Shown here piece after piece: positions 1 to 13,600 of a stretch of 64,000 nucleotides of DNA. Source of the DNA: Squalus acanthias (Eukaryota); NCBI GenBank assembly GCA_030390025.1, contig CM059431.1, forward strand, positions 157,234,001 to 157,298,000. Direction: 5' to 3'. Made by a program: the position numbers and the translations under genes. Under the pieces are notes generated by a model. The model searched no databases. It was not told where the DNA came from and saw only the letters and a list, made by a program, of their open reading frames with translations. The stretch's first letter is position 1, and every line of letters begins with the position of its first letter.

Positions 1-510
1 CTCCTTCCTTTCTTAGAAGTATTTTAAAATTATAAATGAGTGAAAAATATATATTTTTTAAACTTATTTAAACTCTTATGCTGGGAAAAGCAGGCCTTAC
101 GCCTGCTTTTCCCAGGTGTAAGATTTTTAAGTATTTTCAGCGGGCTGAGGTCCTGCAGGAAGCTGAATCTCCACCTGCAGAGGCCCCTTTCCAGGGCAGG
201 CGTCCGATCTGTCAAGAGGCTTCTTATTATTTAATAAATTAATAACGGCAAGTTCTGTGTCCTTTGAGACGACATTAGCTGTAATCTAAGAGCACGTAAA
301 AGGGTGGGCCGTGAGAAGGCTGTTATCATTCACCCCTTGTCTATCAAGTCCTCGCACCACCACACCTACGCCGCGAACATAAAGTCGCCAGAGAATACAA
401 CCGTTAAACCAGCAAAGACAGGGCTTTCCAAACCGACTTGAACAATCTTCCACCAACATGTCTCAAATGTAGGAGGCCATTTAGACAATTCCAACATATA
501 TGTAGCATAC

Positions 511-671
511 CTTATGAATTGTTTCAGTAAACACGTTTGCATCTAAGAGCGATTGACTAACAGCTTCCACGAATTCTTCAATTGACGATTCTAGACTCTG
601 ACGGTAGCACCCGATAATTCTTCCAAGCTGGATATCCGTGTAGCTCGCCAACATTAGGAACATTTTAATAT
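511..671 (-). CDS. Exon A, copy A; partner exon B expected left of the window
   Basis: 161 nt, ttcag|AT ... AAG|gtatgc, open frame. Confidence 0.65.
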
Positions 672-1802
672 CTGAATTTTCTATAAAAGTGTAAATTTGA
701 ACAGGTTAAAATACTATGTTTGCTTTGAAGCAATGAATAATCTGAACTAACTTTTAGAGTCGCAGCATTTCTTCAGAGTCTTTTAAACAGTGAGACGGCC
801 AATGGCGCCTCACATAGAAGGAAATTAGAGATAAAGCTGCCTCTTTTTCGTAGAGTTAAGTGAAACGACCTAGATCTTGCAACATGTGGATGTTGTTTAA
901 AGTAAGTAGGAAGTAAAGAGTGGAGGCCCATTGCAAGATTCCAGCCAGTGGTGCTGACGACTTTGTTGGAGTCCGGAGCAGCGGAACCAATAATCTGGGG
1001 AACATAGGAAAGGGAGTGAATGGACAAGAAATAAAAGTGGGTTTCTGAAGAAGACTGTAGAGTTAAGACGCTCGAGACCGTAAATGGAATTGTAGATGAG
1101 GACGATTGTTTCACAAATTGTCTGGGATTGCAAGTGAATGTAGGTCACTGACGAAGGGGATTATGGATAAGTGGAAATGAGGGTGAACTGATGAACTGAA
1201 ACAGTGGAGATCTGGAGTTTCTATCTGGCAGTGCACAAAGGTAGTTTAAGGAATCGAGTCTAAAACTCATAAAATCGTACATAAAGCACGAGCAAATATT
1301 CATATGTTATAGATCCAGAAAATTAACATATGATGGTTGCGGACGGTGATCTGAGAATCCAGTTCGAAATTTATTGCTCGAATCACCAGATGCTGCTGAG
1401 CAATTAGAAATAGTTTTTGACTCTCGCTTGATTGCATAAAGACCTAATAAATAATGTACAGATATTTAAAGAAAGCAACAGTAAATGCATGCTTAATCCT
1501 TCCTTCCTGGGAAAAGTAAACTGGGATACGGAACGGAGAAATTGAAATACTGTGAATCTACAGGTACTCAGAATAAATTTGATAGATATCAATACAGCAA
1601 TTACAAGAACACACCATTTGGAAAATAGTTATTGATATCAAGTTAAAATAATAACAGAATCTCTAATACCACATCTGAAACATGGCAATAGCTGGTAGGA
1701 TTCATAATTGAATGTATCTGTTTCTAAAGTGCACTGCGATGGAAGTTAAAGGACTGAGAGATACCACAATTAAATTAAGAATGTCATGGTTTTGCGGTCA
1801 GC

Positions 1803-4800
1803 AGTGGCTGCGGAGGTGAGCGGCACGCGAGCTGGGAGCGAGAGAGAGATACAACGAACCGGTGAATATAAAGAGGTAAAAATTAATCGAAATTTGACGT
1901 CGCCAGAAAGCAGGTAATTGATTGTATAGTGAGTATTTCTCTATTTCTCGCTTTTTAGAAAATTCAGCTTCTAAATTTAAGTGCCTTGATGTAGATTAAA
2001 AGATACATGTGTTCCAAATTTTAAAACAATTTATTTAATTAATTGAGTTGGGCGACCAGCCAATGTCTTGTTGTTGTTGCATGTGGGAGCTGGTGGACAC
2101 CATTGAGGTACACGGCGACCACATCTGCAGCAAATGTTGGCTGCTCCAGGAACTTTGGCTCAGACTTGATGAGCTGGAGTCCGAGCTTCAGACACTGCGA
2201 CATATTAGGGAGTAGGAGCGTTACCTGGACACTAAGTTCCAGGACAGTCAAACCCACTAGAGTAATTACTTCCAAATGTGGCCCATGGTCAGGGACAGGA
2301 AGGTGGTATCGGGATCCAGGATGTCGTGAGGGAGCCTCAGCCCTTGGCCTTGTCCAATAGGTAAGAGATTCTTGCTCCCTTTGTGGACGAGGGCAGGGAA
2401 TTCAGGGAGGATGAGCAATCTGAGCACAGCACCATGGAACAGGGAGCCATTCAAGGGGTGGAAGTAAAAATAAATATTTTAGTGATTGGGGACAGTATAG
2501 TTAGGGAGATAGATACTGTTCTCTGCAGCCGAGAGCGTGATTCCCGCAGGCTGTGTTGCCTGCCGGGTGCCAGAGTTAAGGACATCTCCTCTGGGCTGGA
2601 GAGGAACATGGAGTGGGAAGGAGAAGATCCAGTTGTCATGGTCCACGTAGGTAGCAATGACATAGCAACGACAAAGAAAGAGGTTCTGCTGAGAGAATAT
2701 GAGCAGCTAGGGGCTAAATTAAAAAGCAGATCAACAAAGGTAATAATCTCTGGATTACTACCTGAGCCACGAGCGAATTTGCATAGGGTAAATAAGATCA
2801 GAGAAAAGAACGAGTAGCTCAAAGACTAACGTGGGAGAAATGTGTTTCGATTTGTGGGCACTGGCACCTCTGCTAGTGTAAGAGGGAGCTGTTCCGTCTG
2901 CACGGGCTTCACGTGAACCATGCTGGGGCTAGAGTCCAGGCGAATCGACTAACTAGGGCTGTAGAGAGGGCTTTCAACTAAATAGAGGGGGGAGGGTGCA
3001 GGTGAGCGGGAATTTAAAAATGCAATTAGAAATGAGAAAATAATAGAGCAGGATAGAGATGGGTGAAATAATAACCAGAGTGTAACAGGAAGGGACATAA
3101 TGTTTAAAAATAAGTGTGCAACAGAAAATGGTGCCAAAACAAGGAGAAATGGTAAAAAGACATAGGTAAAAGCTCTATCTCTGAATGCACGCAGCATTTG
3201 TAACAAGATAGATGAGTTCACGCACAAATAAATATAAATGGATATGATCTGATCGCCATTACAGAGACGTATTTGCAAGGTGACTATGGCTGGCAACTGA
3301 ACCTTCCAGGGTATTTGATAATGCGGAAGGACAGACAAAAAGAAAAGGCAGGTGGGGTGGCTTTGTTGGTAAAGAATGAAATCAGAGCAGTGGTGAGAAG
3401 TGATATTGGCTCAGAAGACCACGATGTAGAATCGGATTGAGTGGAGATAAAAAAATAATACAGGGAAAAAGTCTCTGGTGGGCGTAGTCTACAGGCCTCG
3501 AACAGTAGCAATACAGTTGGACAGAGTATAAATCAACAAAGAATGTAGGCCTGTAAAAAAGGTACGGTAATAATGATGGGTGATTTTAAACACCGTATTG
3601 ATTGGACAAATCAAATTGGCCATGGTAGCCTTGAGGCGGAGTTCATAGAGTGTATCTGGGATGGTTTCCTAGAACACTATGGAATGGAACCACCAGGAAG
3701 CAGGCTATCTTAGATGCGGTACCGTGTAATGAGACAGAATTAATAAATGATCTCATAATAAAGGAGCCTCTAGGAAAGTGTGATCATAACATGGTTGAAT
3801 TTCAAGTTGAATTGGAGGGTGAGAAAGCTGTATCTCAAACCATTGTCCTGATCTTTAACAAAGGAAATAACAATGGCATGAGGGCAGAACTGGCTAAACT
3901 GGACTGGAAAAGTAGATTAAAGTGTAAAACAGTTGAAATGCAGTGGCGATCATTTAAGGAGATATTTCGTAACTCTCAAACAAAATATATTCCAGGGAGA
4001 AAGAAAGAATCTAATAGAAGGGAGCACCATCCGTCGCTAACTAAGGAAGTAAAGGATGATATCAAATTGAAAACGAAGGCATACAATGTTGCCAAGATTG
4101 GTGGGTGGCCAGAGGATTGGGAATTTTTTAAAAACCAACAAAGGATGATTAAAAAAATAATAGAGAGAGATGATGAATTATGAGAGTAAACTGGCAAGAA
4201 ATATTAAAACAGATAGTAAGAGATTCTACAGGTATATAAAAAGGAAGAGATTAGCTGAGACAGGGGAATTTAAAATGGGGAACGGGGAAATGTCAGAGAT
4301 TCTGAACAAATATGTTGTATCTGTCTTCACGGTAGAAGACACTGACAACATCCCAATAATGGATAATCAAGGGGCCAGAGGGAGGGTGAATAAAGATAAT
4401 CACTATCACTAAAAAAAAAGTAATTGGTAAAATGATGGAACTAAAAGAATACAAGCACATGCCTCAGACGGCCTGCATCCCAGGGCCTTAACACAAGTGG
4501 CTGCGGAGATAGTAGATGCATTGTTTGCAATATATCAAAAGTACCTGGACTCTGGAGAGGTCCCAGTGGCTTGGAAAACCGCAAATATAATACCCGAATT
4601 TAAGAAAGTAGGGAGACAGAAAGCAGGAAACTATAGACCAGTTAGCCTAACATCTGTCTCTGGGAAAAGGCTGGATTCCTTTTTTAAGGAAACAGTTGCA
4701 ATGTATTTACTAAATCATAATGCAGTCAAGCAGAGTCAGCATGGTTTTATGACAGGGAAATCATGTTTAACAAATTACCTGGAGTTCTTATAGGATGTAA

Positions 4801-6035
4801 CCAGCAGGGTGGACAAAGGTAAGCCAGTGGATGTGGTGTATTTGGATTTCCGGAATGCATTCGATAAGGTGCCACATAAACGGTTACTGCATAAGATAAG
4901 AGCTCACGGAGTTGGGGGTAATATTTTAGCATGGACAGAGAATTGGCTGACTGACAGAAATCAGAGAGTCGAGATAAATGGGTAATTTTCCGGTTGGCAA
5001 ACGGTAACTGGTGGGGTGCCACAGGGATCGGTGCTTCGGCCTCAACTATTTACAATCGACATGAATGACTTAGATGAAGGGACCGAGTGTAATGTAGCCA
5101 AGCTGGCGGATGAAACAGAGATGGGTGGGAAAGCAAGTTCTGCAGAGGACTCAAAGAATCTGCAAATGGATATAAACAGGCTAAATGAGTGGCAAAAATT
5201 TGGAAGATGGAGAATAATGTGGGAAAGAGCGAGGTTATCCACTTTGGTAGGAAAAATAAAGAAGCGAATTATTATTTAAATGGAGAGAGATTACAAAATG
5301 CTACAGTTCAGAGGGATCAGCGGGTCCTTGTGCATGAAACACAAAAAATTTACATGCAGGTACAGAACGTAATCAAAAAGGCAAATGGAATGTTGGCCTT
5401 TATTGGAAAGGGATTGGAGTATAAAAGCAAGGATGTCCTGCTACAACTGTACAGGTTATTGGTGAAACTACACCTGGAGTACTGCGTACAATTTTGGTGT
5501 CCTTATTTTAGAAAGGATATATTTGCATTGGAGGCAGTTCAGAGACTAGTCACTAGGTTAATTCCACAGATGAGTGGGTTGACTTATGAAGAAAGGTTGA
5601 GCAGGTTGGACCTATACTCTTTGGAATTTAGAAGAATGAGAGGCGATCTTATTGAAACATATAAGCTACTGAGGGGGCTCGCCAAGGTAGATGCAGAGAA
5701 GATGTTTCCCCTCGTGGGGAAATCTAGAACTCGGGGGCATAGTTTCAGAATAAATGGTCGCCCTTTTAGAACTGTGATAAGGAGGAATTTCTTCTCTATG
5801 ACGGTCGTAAATCTGTGGAATTCTCTGCCCCAGTGAGCCGTGGAGGCTGGGTCATTAAATACATTTAAGTTGGAGATATACAGATTTTTGCAAGATAAGG
5901 GATTGAAGGGTTATGGGGAGCGGGCAGGGAAGTGGCTTTGAGCCCAAGATCAGCTATAATCGTATTGAATGGCGGAGCAGGCTCCAGGGGCCATGTGTCC
6001 TATTCCCATCCTAATCTTATGTTCGTATGTTATTA
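1803..6035 (+). mobile_element. Near full-length degenerate CR1 LINE (ORF1 zinc finger/SGNH esterase; ORF2 APE + RT)
   Basis: GDSIVR, CCLPGA, HVGSND esterase motifs; NYRPVSLTS, QHGF, PQGSVL; CR1 C-terminus; TTATG-type tail; many stops and frameshifts; empty site near 40150. Confidence 0.95.
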
Positions 6036-7195
6036 TATTCTAAGCAAATGCATTTGCTTCTAGCCCCAATGTAAGCTTCACACAAAGACGTCGCAATCTA
6101 TGTGTGGAAAATTTCAGGTTTTCCGAAGTGTAATTCAAATCAACGGAGGATCATGGGGAGCCCCGAGTGCCAGCTGATGTGACGGCAACAGGCTGTCTAA
6201 GCAGTCAATCAAAACGCAGAATTCTCACAGATAGCGAACAAAATAATTAGTAAGCTCTTAAACTTCTAACTTTTTAAAAATATGTTAGAGCGAACGGAAC
6301 AAACATTGGCTCTCACATGGGGAAAATGCAAATCAGAAATAAAGAGGAAAAACTTTTTAAACAATTACATTTTCTTAAAAATATTAATTTTTATTAAAAT
6401 GAATAAAGTTGACTGCGCAAAATTAAATTAGATTTTTAGGCCCATAACTTTTGTTTGGAAGTCAATACGCTTTTGAAACCCAGTTACACCCAATCCCTTT
6501 AGGACTACCATTCAGTGGGGAATTTTAAAGCGCAATTACTGTGGAAGAGCCGAAGATTTCAGCAGTTTCCCTGATGTGAGAGATTTCCCTGATTGCCGGC
6601 TCTGGACGGGCACAGCGCAGCCGCTGCAGTTCTATTGAAGTCAACCGCAGGGAATATCGGACCTAGCGCACAACGGGCAACAGATGCAACACCGGCCATT
6701 TTTCGGCGAGGACATGAAACAGGCGGTATCGCATCCATCACCAGTTATACCCTGCCCCCATATAAACTTGAATTTAGCGGAGTATCGGGCGTGTTTTGTA
6801 ACTATCCACAAATGCAATTCCGCCTGTTGTGTGTCCCCGCCCATGTAGAATTTCATCCTCATGGACTTTAACTTAAACTAAGTTACTCGACATAAATAAT
6901 GAACTCTCTTGCTCGGAATGTAAATAAGGTATTTCGCGGCTTTTCACAGTAAGCAAGAAGTAGTGAAATGGAGGGCTATAGGAATGAACATCCAGACAGT
7001 TCAGTTGACGTTTGTTGTTGGAGTCCAGAGCCGAAAATCGATATACTGTTTACTACATTAAAGGGAGAGTAGGGTTGGGAGTGTAATAGAAGATATGCGA
7101 AGAAGACTGTAGAGACAAAGTGGGAGAGACCGGAGAGGAATTTGTAGATGAGGAGGAGGCTTTCACATAATGTCAGTTTGGGATAAGAAGTTAAT

Positions 7196-7938
7196 GGCCC
7201 AAAAATTCATCCTGCTGCGCGCGAGTACGCACTGCGTACTCTCGCGTATTCCCTCTGCAATTGCCGGTTTTCTGCATGCCCTGCGCATGCGCTGAAAACC
7301 GGCAATTGCTCTTTTGAAAAGGGGGCGGTTCCTCGGTGCATCGCGTGCGCGCTACAGGCTGCGCGCACGCTGTGCACTTCATGCTTTGGACGCGCAGGTA
7401 AGTACTGAAGATTTTAGAAATGTAAAAAGGAGAAGTGAGATCCACTTTTAACAAGGTAAGTAGTGAATTAAGTATTTTTTTGATTTTTTTTTTACAGGTA
7501 TATCTTTTTTAGAGACTTTAAAGACAGGTAAGTTTATTTTTAGAACTTTTTAAAAGATTTTAAATTTTTTCAAAAATTTATTTTTTTATTTAAAATGGTT
7601 AATTTATTTAACTATACTTATTTTATTAATGTGATGGTTTTTTTTTTAATTTAATTGAGGTTTAGCTGTTATTTTGGGGGGATGTAAGATTCATAGATTT
7701 CACAACCATGCTATGAAACTTATGAATGGAAGATGGTGTACTGCCATTGGCTCTAACTGAGTCACGTGATCCCACAGCTCGCACGAATTCACTGCGCCGG
7801 TGGGATACGCAAGCACTGCCCGGCTGATGTCTGGAACATCAAGTTCGTGCGAGCTGGATCTGAAAAAGCACAAGCGAGTTGAGAGTACGCGGGGAAGGCT
7901 TACCTCCGCGGGAACAGAGCGAGATCAATTTCTGGGCC
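7196..7938. mobile_element. Non-autonomous DNA transposon (MITE), PIF/Harbinger-like
   Basis: TIRs ggcccaaaaatt...aatttctgggcc; 3-bp TSD AAT; empty site aagttaatgtatg near 49630 and 57492. Confidence 0.85.
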
Positions 7939-7971
7939 AATGTATGTCATTAATACGGGGGATTATGCATA

Positions 7972-8952
7972 ATATAAGAACATCAGAAATAGGAGCAAGC
8001 GTAGGCCATTTGATCCTTCGAGCCTGCTCCGCAATTCAATAAGAACATGGCTGATCTTCTACCTCATTACAACATTCCTGCAATAGCTAATATCATTTGA
8101 TTCTCTTAATATTCTAAAATCTGTCGATCTCTGTCTTGAGTATAATCAAAGACGGAGCTTCCACAGCCCTCTGGAGTAGAGAATTCCAAAGATTCAAAAC
8201 CCGATGAGTGAATACATTTCGCCTCATCTCAGTCCTAAATGGCCAAGCTCTGATTCTGAGACTGTAACACGTGGTTCTCGATTCTCCAGTCAGGGGAAAG
8301 ATCCTCCCTGCAACTACCCCGTCAAGCCATGTAACAATTGTGTATGTTTCATTGAGATCACCTCTCATTCTTCTAAACGCTAGATCATAAAGGCATAGTC
8401 TGCTCAATCTCTCCTCATAGGACAATTCCACCATCCCAGGAACAAGTCTGTTGAACCTTCGTTGCTCTCTCTTTATGGCAGGTATAACCTTCCTTAGTTA
8501 AGGAGACAAAAAACATACACAATACTCCAGGTATTGTCTCACCAGGGCCCTATATAGATGCAGTAAGACGCCTTTACTCTTATACTCAAATCCTCTTTCA
8601 ATAAAGGCGAATATAAAATATGATTTCCTAATTGTTTGATGTACCTGCATGTTCGCGTTCAGTGATTCGTGTACAATAACATCCAGGTCCCTCTGAACAC
8701 AAACATTTCCCGATCATTTACCATTTAACCAATGTCCTGCTTGTCCATTGTTCCTCCCACATTATATTCCATTCGCCAAGTTATTCCCTACTTAATTAGC
8801 CTGTTTATATCCGCTTGAAGACTGCTTGCATCCTCCTCACATCTTACATTCCCACCCAGCTTTGTATCATTAGCAAACTTGGATAAATTACATTTCGACC
8901 CCTCATCCAATTTATTGATGTAGATTGTGAACAGCTGAGACCAAAGCACTGA
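7972..8952 (-). mobile_element. Older 5'-truncated CR1, 3' part (continues at 14161-14530)
   Basis: Antisense RT C-terminus RRMRGDL...NLWNSL; split by the younger CR1. Confidence 0.9.
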
Positions 8953-9856
8953 GTGCAAGTCAGCAGATGCTGCTGTGAGTTTGGGTAAGTGGAAGTATTT
9001 CTTTAATTGTTAGTTCTCTTTAAATCATTCTTGATAAGAGTACTTAAGCAGTTTAAGTGAAGGGGAAAAGTTAACTATTTAGGTTTCTGTTGGTTAAGAA
9101 TAGTATAACAAGGTTACACTGCAGTAGCAGTAAATTGTCACAGCAGGCAGTGGAAACCAGTTTTCTAATCAATCAGCAGGGGTCAAAGTCAGAGGGCGGG
9201 GCCAATTCATTGGTACCCGTATATAGGTGGAGCTGTTGCTGAACCCGAGACACTACACTAGTAGTGTCTCCCACCCTCCCACCTCCTCTAACTTTTAGGG
9301 GTAGAGGGAATTTAAAAGGTAGGTTCGATTTATATTTTGTTTTCAGGGACTTAACTTAATAAAGTAATATAAGGGTTAAGTCATGGCAGGAAATATCGGA
9401 ACCGTGTCGTGCTCCTCCTGTGCTATGTGGGAAATCAGGGACACTTCCAGTGTCCCTGACAACTATGTGTGCAGGAAGTGCATCCAGCTGCAGCTCCTGA
9501 TGGACCGCATGGTGGCGCTGGAGCTGCGGATGGACTCACTCTGGAGCATCCACGATGCCGAGAACTTTGTGGATTACTCATTTAGTGAGTTGAACACACC
9601 GCGGGTAAAGGCTAGGTCAGACAGTAAATGGGTGACCAAGAGGCAGGGCAATATCAAGAAGGTAGTGCAGGAGTCCCCTGCGGTCGTCTCCCTCCAAAAC
9701 AGATATACCGTTTTGGATACTGTTGGGGGAAATGACCTACCAGGGGAAGGCACCAGCAGCCAGGTTCATGGCACCATGGCTGGCTCTGCTGCACAGCAGG
9801 GCGGGAAAAAGAGTGGTAGAGCTATAGTGATAGGGGACTCAATTGTAAAGGGAATA

Positions 9857-10604
9857 TGACTCGGCCAACGTTGTCTACCTCATACGTTGCAGGAAAGAAT
9901 GCACCGCGGCATGGTACATCGGCGAGACCATGCAGACACTGAGACAACGTATGAACGAGCACCGCGCAACAATCGCCAGGCAGGATTGTTACCTCCCAGT
10001 CGGGGAACACTTCAGCAGTCAAGGACATTCAGCCTCGGATCTGCGGGTAAGCGTTCTCCAAGGCAACCTTAGAAACACACGACAACGCAAAATCATCGAG
10101 CAGAAACTGATAGCCAAGTTCCGCACTCATGAAGACGGTCTCAATCGGGATCTTGGGTTTATGTCACGATACATGACGTGATCCGGACTCGAGTCGTCGT
10201 TAGCTTGTTCACAGATGTGATTCCCAGTAAAAAAGTAAAAATTTTCCCAGTAAAAAAGTAAAAAAATGTTAAAGCTTTTCGTTTTACATACAGACGGCAG
10301 CTTTTGACACGTTAGAACCCCTGCGACTACACCTCATTGTCTCAGTTGTATCTTGCTATGTCTTTGATGTGGTACCTTCCTTGCTGACTTAATTAACTTT
10401 ATCACACCTCGGCAGATAGTCAGGATGATTTAATTTATTGGTCTGCAATTGTAAAGTACACATGCTTTGTTTTCCATCTATATATGCTTTGGAGATTCTG
10501 TATCTAATTTACTTCACCTGAGGAAGGAGCAAATCGATAGCTCCGAAAGCTTGTGATTTCAAATAAAACTGTTGGACTATAACCTGGTGTTGTGCGACCT
10601 CTCA
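9857..10604 (+). mobile_element. 5'-truncated Penelope-like element (GIY-YIG endonuclease end plus pseudo-LTR)
   Basis: NVVYLIRC...WYIGET...LRQRMNEH...GLN motif; 12-bp target duplication gtaaagggaata at 9845-9856 and 10605-10616. Confidence 0.92.
10514..10556 (+). ncRNA. Minimal type I hammerhead ribozyme motif in the Penelope pLTR
   Basis: TCAC-CTGAGGA-A-GGAGC(loop)GCTCC-GAAA-GCTT-GTGA: core boxes, stems I and II, palindromic AAGCTT in place of stem III. Confidence 0.75.
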
Positions 10605-13600
10605 GTAAAGGGAATAGACAGGAGTTTCTGTGGCCGCAACCGAGATTCCAGGACGATATGTTGCCTCCCTGGTGCAAGGGTCAAGGATGTCTCGGAGCGG
10701 CCGCAGAACATTCTGGAAAGGGAGGGTGAAGAGCCAGCTGTCGTGGTGCATGTAGGTACGAACGATATAGGTAAAAAGCGGGAAGAGGTCCTACAAGCAG
10801 AATTTAGGGAGCTAGGAGCTAAATTGAAAAGTAGGACCTCAAAGGTAGTAATCTCTGGGTTGCTACCAGTGCCACGTGCTAATCAGAGTAGCATGAACAG
10901 GATAGCGAGATTAAGTACGTGGCTTGAGCAGTGGTGCAGGAGGGAGGGTTTCAAATACCTGAGGAATTGGAACCAGTTCTGCGGGAAGTGGGACCTGTAC
11001 AAAAGGGACGGTCTGCACTTGGGCAGGACTGGAGCCGATGTCCTCGGGATAATATTTGCTAAGGCAGTTCGGGAGGATTTAAACTAAAATGGCAGGGGAA
11101 TGGGAACCTATGTAGCGAAACTGGGGGAAGTAATATGCAGTCAGAAACAAATGTTAGAAGGGTGTGAAACAATAAGGGAAATCCGAGTAAACAAAGGCAA
11201 GAAACACAAAGGGCCATACTAAATCATAATTCTAAAAGGACAAAGGATGTTAATAAAACAAGCCTAAAGGCGCTGTGTCTTAATGCAAGGAGTATCCGTA
11301 ATAAGGTGGATGACTGTGCAAATTGATGTTAACGGATATGATGTGATTGGGATTAAAGAGACGTGGCTCCAGAACAATCAAGGCTGGGAACTGAATATCC
11401 AGGGGTATTCAACATTCAGGCAGGATAGAATAAAAGGAAAAGGGGGTGGGGTAGCATTGCTGGTTAAAAAGGAGATTAATGCAATAGCTAGGAAGGACAT
11501 TAGCTGGGAGGATGTGGAATCAATATGGGTTGAGCTGCAGAACACCAAAGGGCAGAAAACGTTAGTGGGGGTTGTGTACAGACCTCCAAACAGTAGTAGT
11601 GAGGTGGGGGAGGGTATGAAACAGGAAATCAGAGGTGCATGCAAAAAAGGCGCAGCAGTTATCATGGGTGACTTTAATATGCATATAGATTGGGCTACTC
11701 AAACTGGAAGCAATACGGTGGAGGAGGATTTCCTGGAGTGTTTAAGGGATGGTTTCCTAAACCAATGTGTTGAGGAACCAACTAGAGGGGAGGCCATCCT
11801 GGACTGGGTGTTGTGTAATGAGGAAGGACTAATCAGCAATCTTGTGGTACGAGGCCCCTTGTGGAAGAGTGACCATAATATCTGGAGTTCTACATTAGGA
11901 TGGAGAAGGAAACAGTTAATTCAGAGACCATGGTCCAGAACTTAAATAAGGGCAACTTTGAGGGTATGAGGCGTGAATTGGCGAGGTTAGATTGGCAAGC
12001 GATATTTAAGGGGTTATCAGTGGAAGGGCAATGTCAGACATTTAGAGATCGCATGGATGAACTACAGCAATTGTACATCCCTGTCTGGCGTAAAAATAAA
12101 AAAGGGAAGGTGGCTCAACCATGGCTAACAAGGGAAATCACGGATAGTATTAAAAGCAAGGAAGTGGCATACAAATTGGCCAGAAGTAGCAGCAAACCCA
12201 GGGACTGGGAGAACTTTAAATCTCAGCAGAGGAGGACGAAGGGTTTGATTAGGGCAGGGAAAATAAAATATTAAAGGAAGCTTGCGGAGAACATTAAAAC
12301 GGACTGCAAAAGCTTCTATAAATATGTAAAAAGAAAGAGGTTAGTAAAAACTAACGTAGGTCCCCTGCAGTCAGAAACAGGGGAAGTCATAATGGGGAAC
12401 AAAGAAATGGCAGATCAATTGAACAAGTACTTTGGTTCGGTGTTTACTGTGGAGGACATAAACAACCTTCCGGAAATAAAATAGATCAAAGGATCTGGTA
12501 AGAGGGAGGAGCTAAGGGAAATCCTTATTAGTCGGGAAAAGGTGCTGGGGAAATTGATGGGACTGAAGGCTGATAAATCCCCAGGGCCTGATGGTCTGCA
12601 TCCCAGAGTACTTAAGGAGGTGGCCTTTGGAAATCGTGGATGCATTGACGATCATTTTTCAACATTCCTTAGACCCTGGATCAGTTCCAAAGGAGTGGAG
12701 GGTGGCTAATGTAACCCCTCTTTTTAAAAAAGGAGGGAGGGAGAAAGCAGAGAATTATAGACCGGTCAGCCTGACATCGGTGGTGGGTAAAATGATGGAA
12801 TCAATTATTAAAGATGTAATAACAGAACATTTGGAAAGTGGCGACATGATAGGTCCAAGTCAGCATGGATTTGTGAAAGTGAAATCATGCTTGACAAATC
12901 TTCTGGAATTTTTGGAGGATGTTTCCAATAGGGTGGACGGGGGTGAACCAGCAGATGTGGTGTATTTGGACTTTCAGAAGGCCTTCGACAAGGTCCCACA
13001 CAAGAGATTGGTGTGCAAAGTTAAAGCACATGGGATTGGGGGTAAGGTGTTGACGTGGATTGAGAACTGGTTGGCACACAGGAAACAAAGAGGATGAGTA
13101 AATGGGTACTTTTCAGAATGGCAGTCAGTGACCAGCGGGGTACCGCAGGGTTCGGTGCTGGGGCCCCAGCTGTTTACATTATATATTAATGATTGGAGGA
13201 AGGGATTAATTGTAATATCTCCAAATTTGCGGATGACACTAAATTGGAGGCAGTGTGAACAATGAGGAGGATGCTAGGAGGCTACAGAGTGATTGGACAG
13301 GTTGGGTGAATGGGCAAATGTATGGCAGATGAAGGACAATGTGGATAAATGTGTGGTTATCCACTTTGGTGGTAAAAATAGGGAGGCAGACTATTACCTG
13401 AATGGTGGCAGATTAGGGAAAGGGGAGGTGCACCGAGACCTGGGCGTCATGGTACATCAGTCACTGAAGGTGGGAAGGCAAGTGCAGCAGGCAGTCAAGA
13501 AAGCAAATGGCATGATGGCCTTCATAGCAAGGGGATTTGAGTACAGGAGTAGGGAGGTGATGCTACAGTTGTACAGGGCCTTGGTGAGGCCACACCTGGA

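Noticed and set aside
773..1148. Repeated ORFs MTYIHL.../MKQSSSS... (also about 33.3-33.6, 39.4-39.5 and 43.2-43.6 kb) as host exons
   Set aside because: Frames shift between copies, and LLLIYNSLYGLERLNSTVFF looks like a decayed LINE ORF2 C-terminus; a related fragment is at about 7090-7190
1310..1560. Two small exon-like segments (AASGDSSNKFR..., DSQYFNFS...) repeated at about 33.8, 39.7-39.9 and 43.8-44.0 kb
   Set aside because: Acceptor-like sites exist, but there is no canonical donor, copies differ by a 1-bp indel, and no consistent phase could be built; possibly dead exons
6559..6871. Overlapping short ORFs in GC-rich repeat arms (also about 28.2, 40.6, 49.0 and 56.9 kb)
   Set aside because: They lie within a MITE-like repeat, with no transposase motifs
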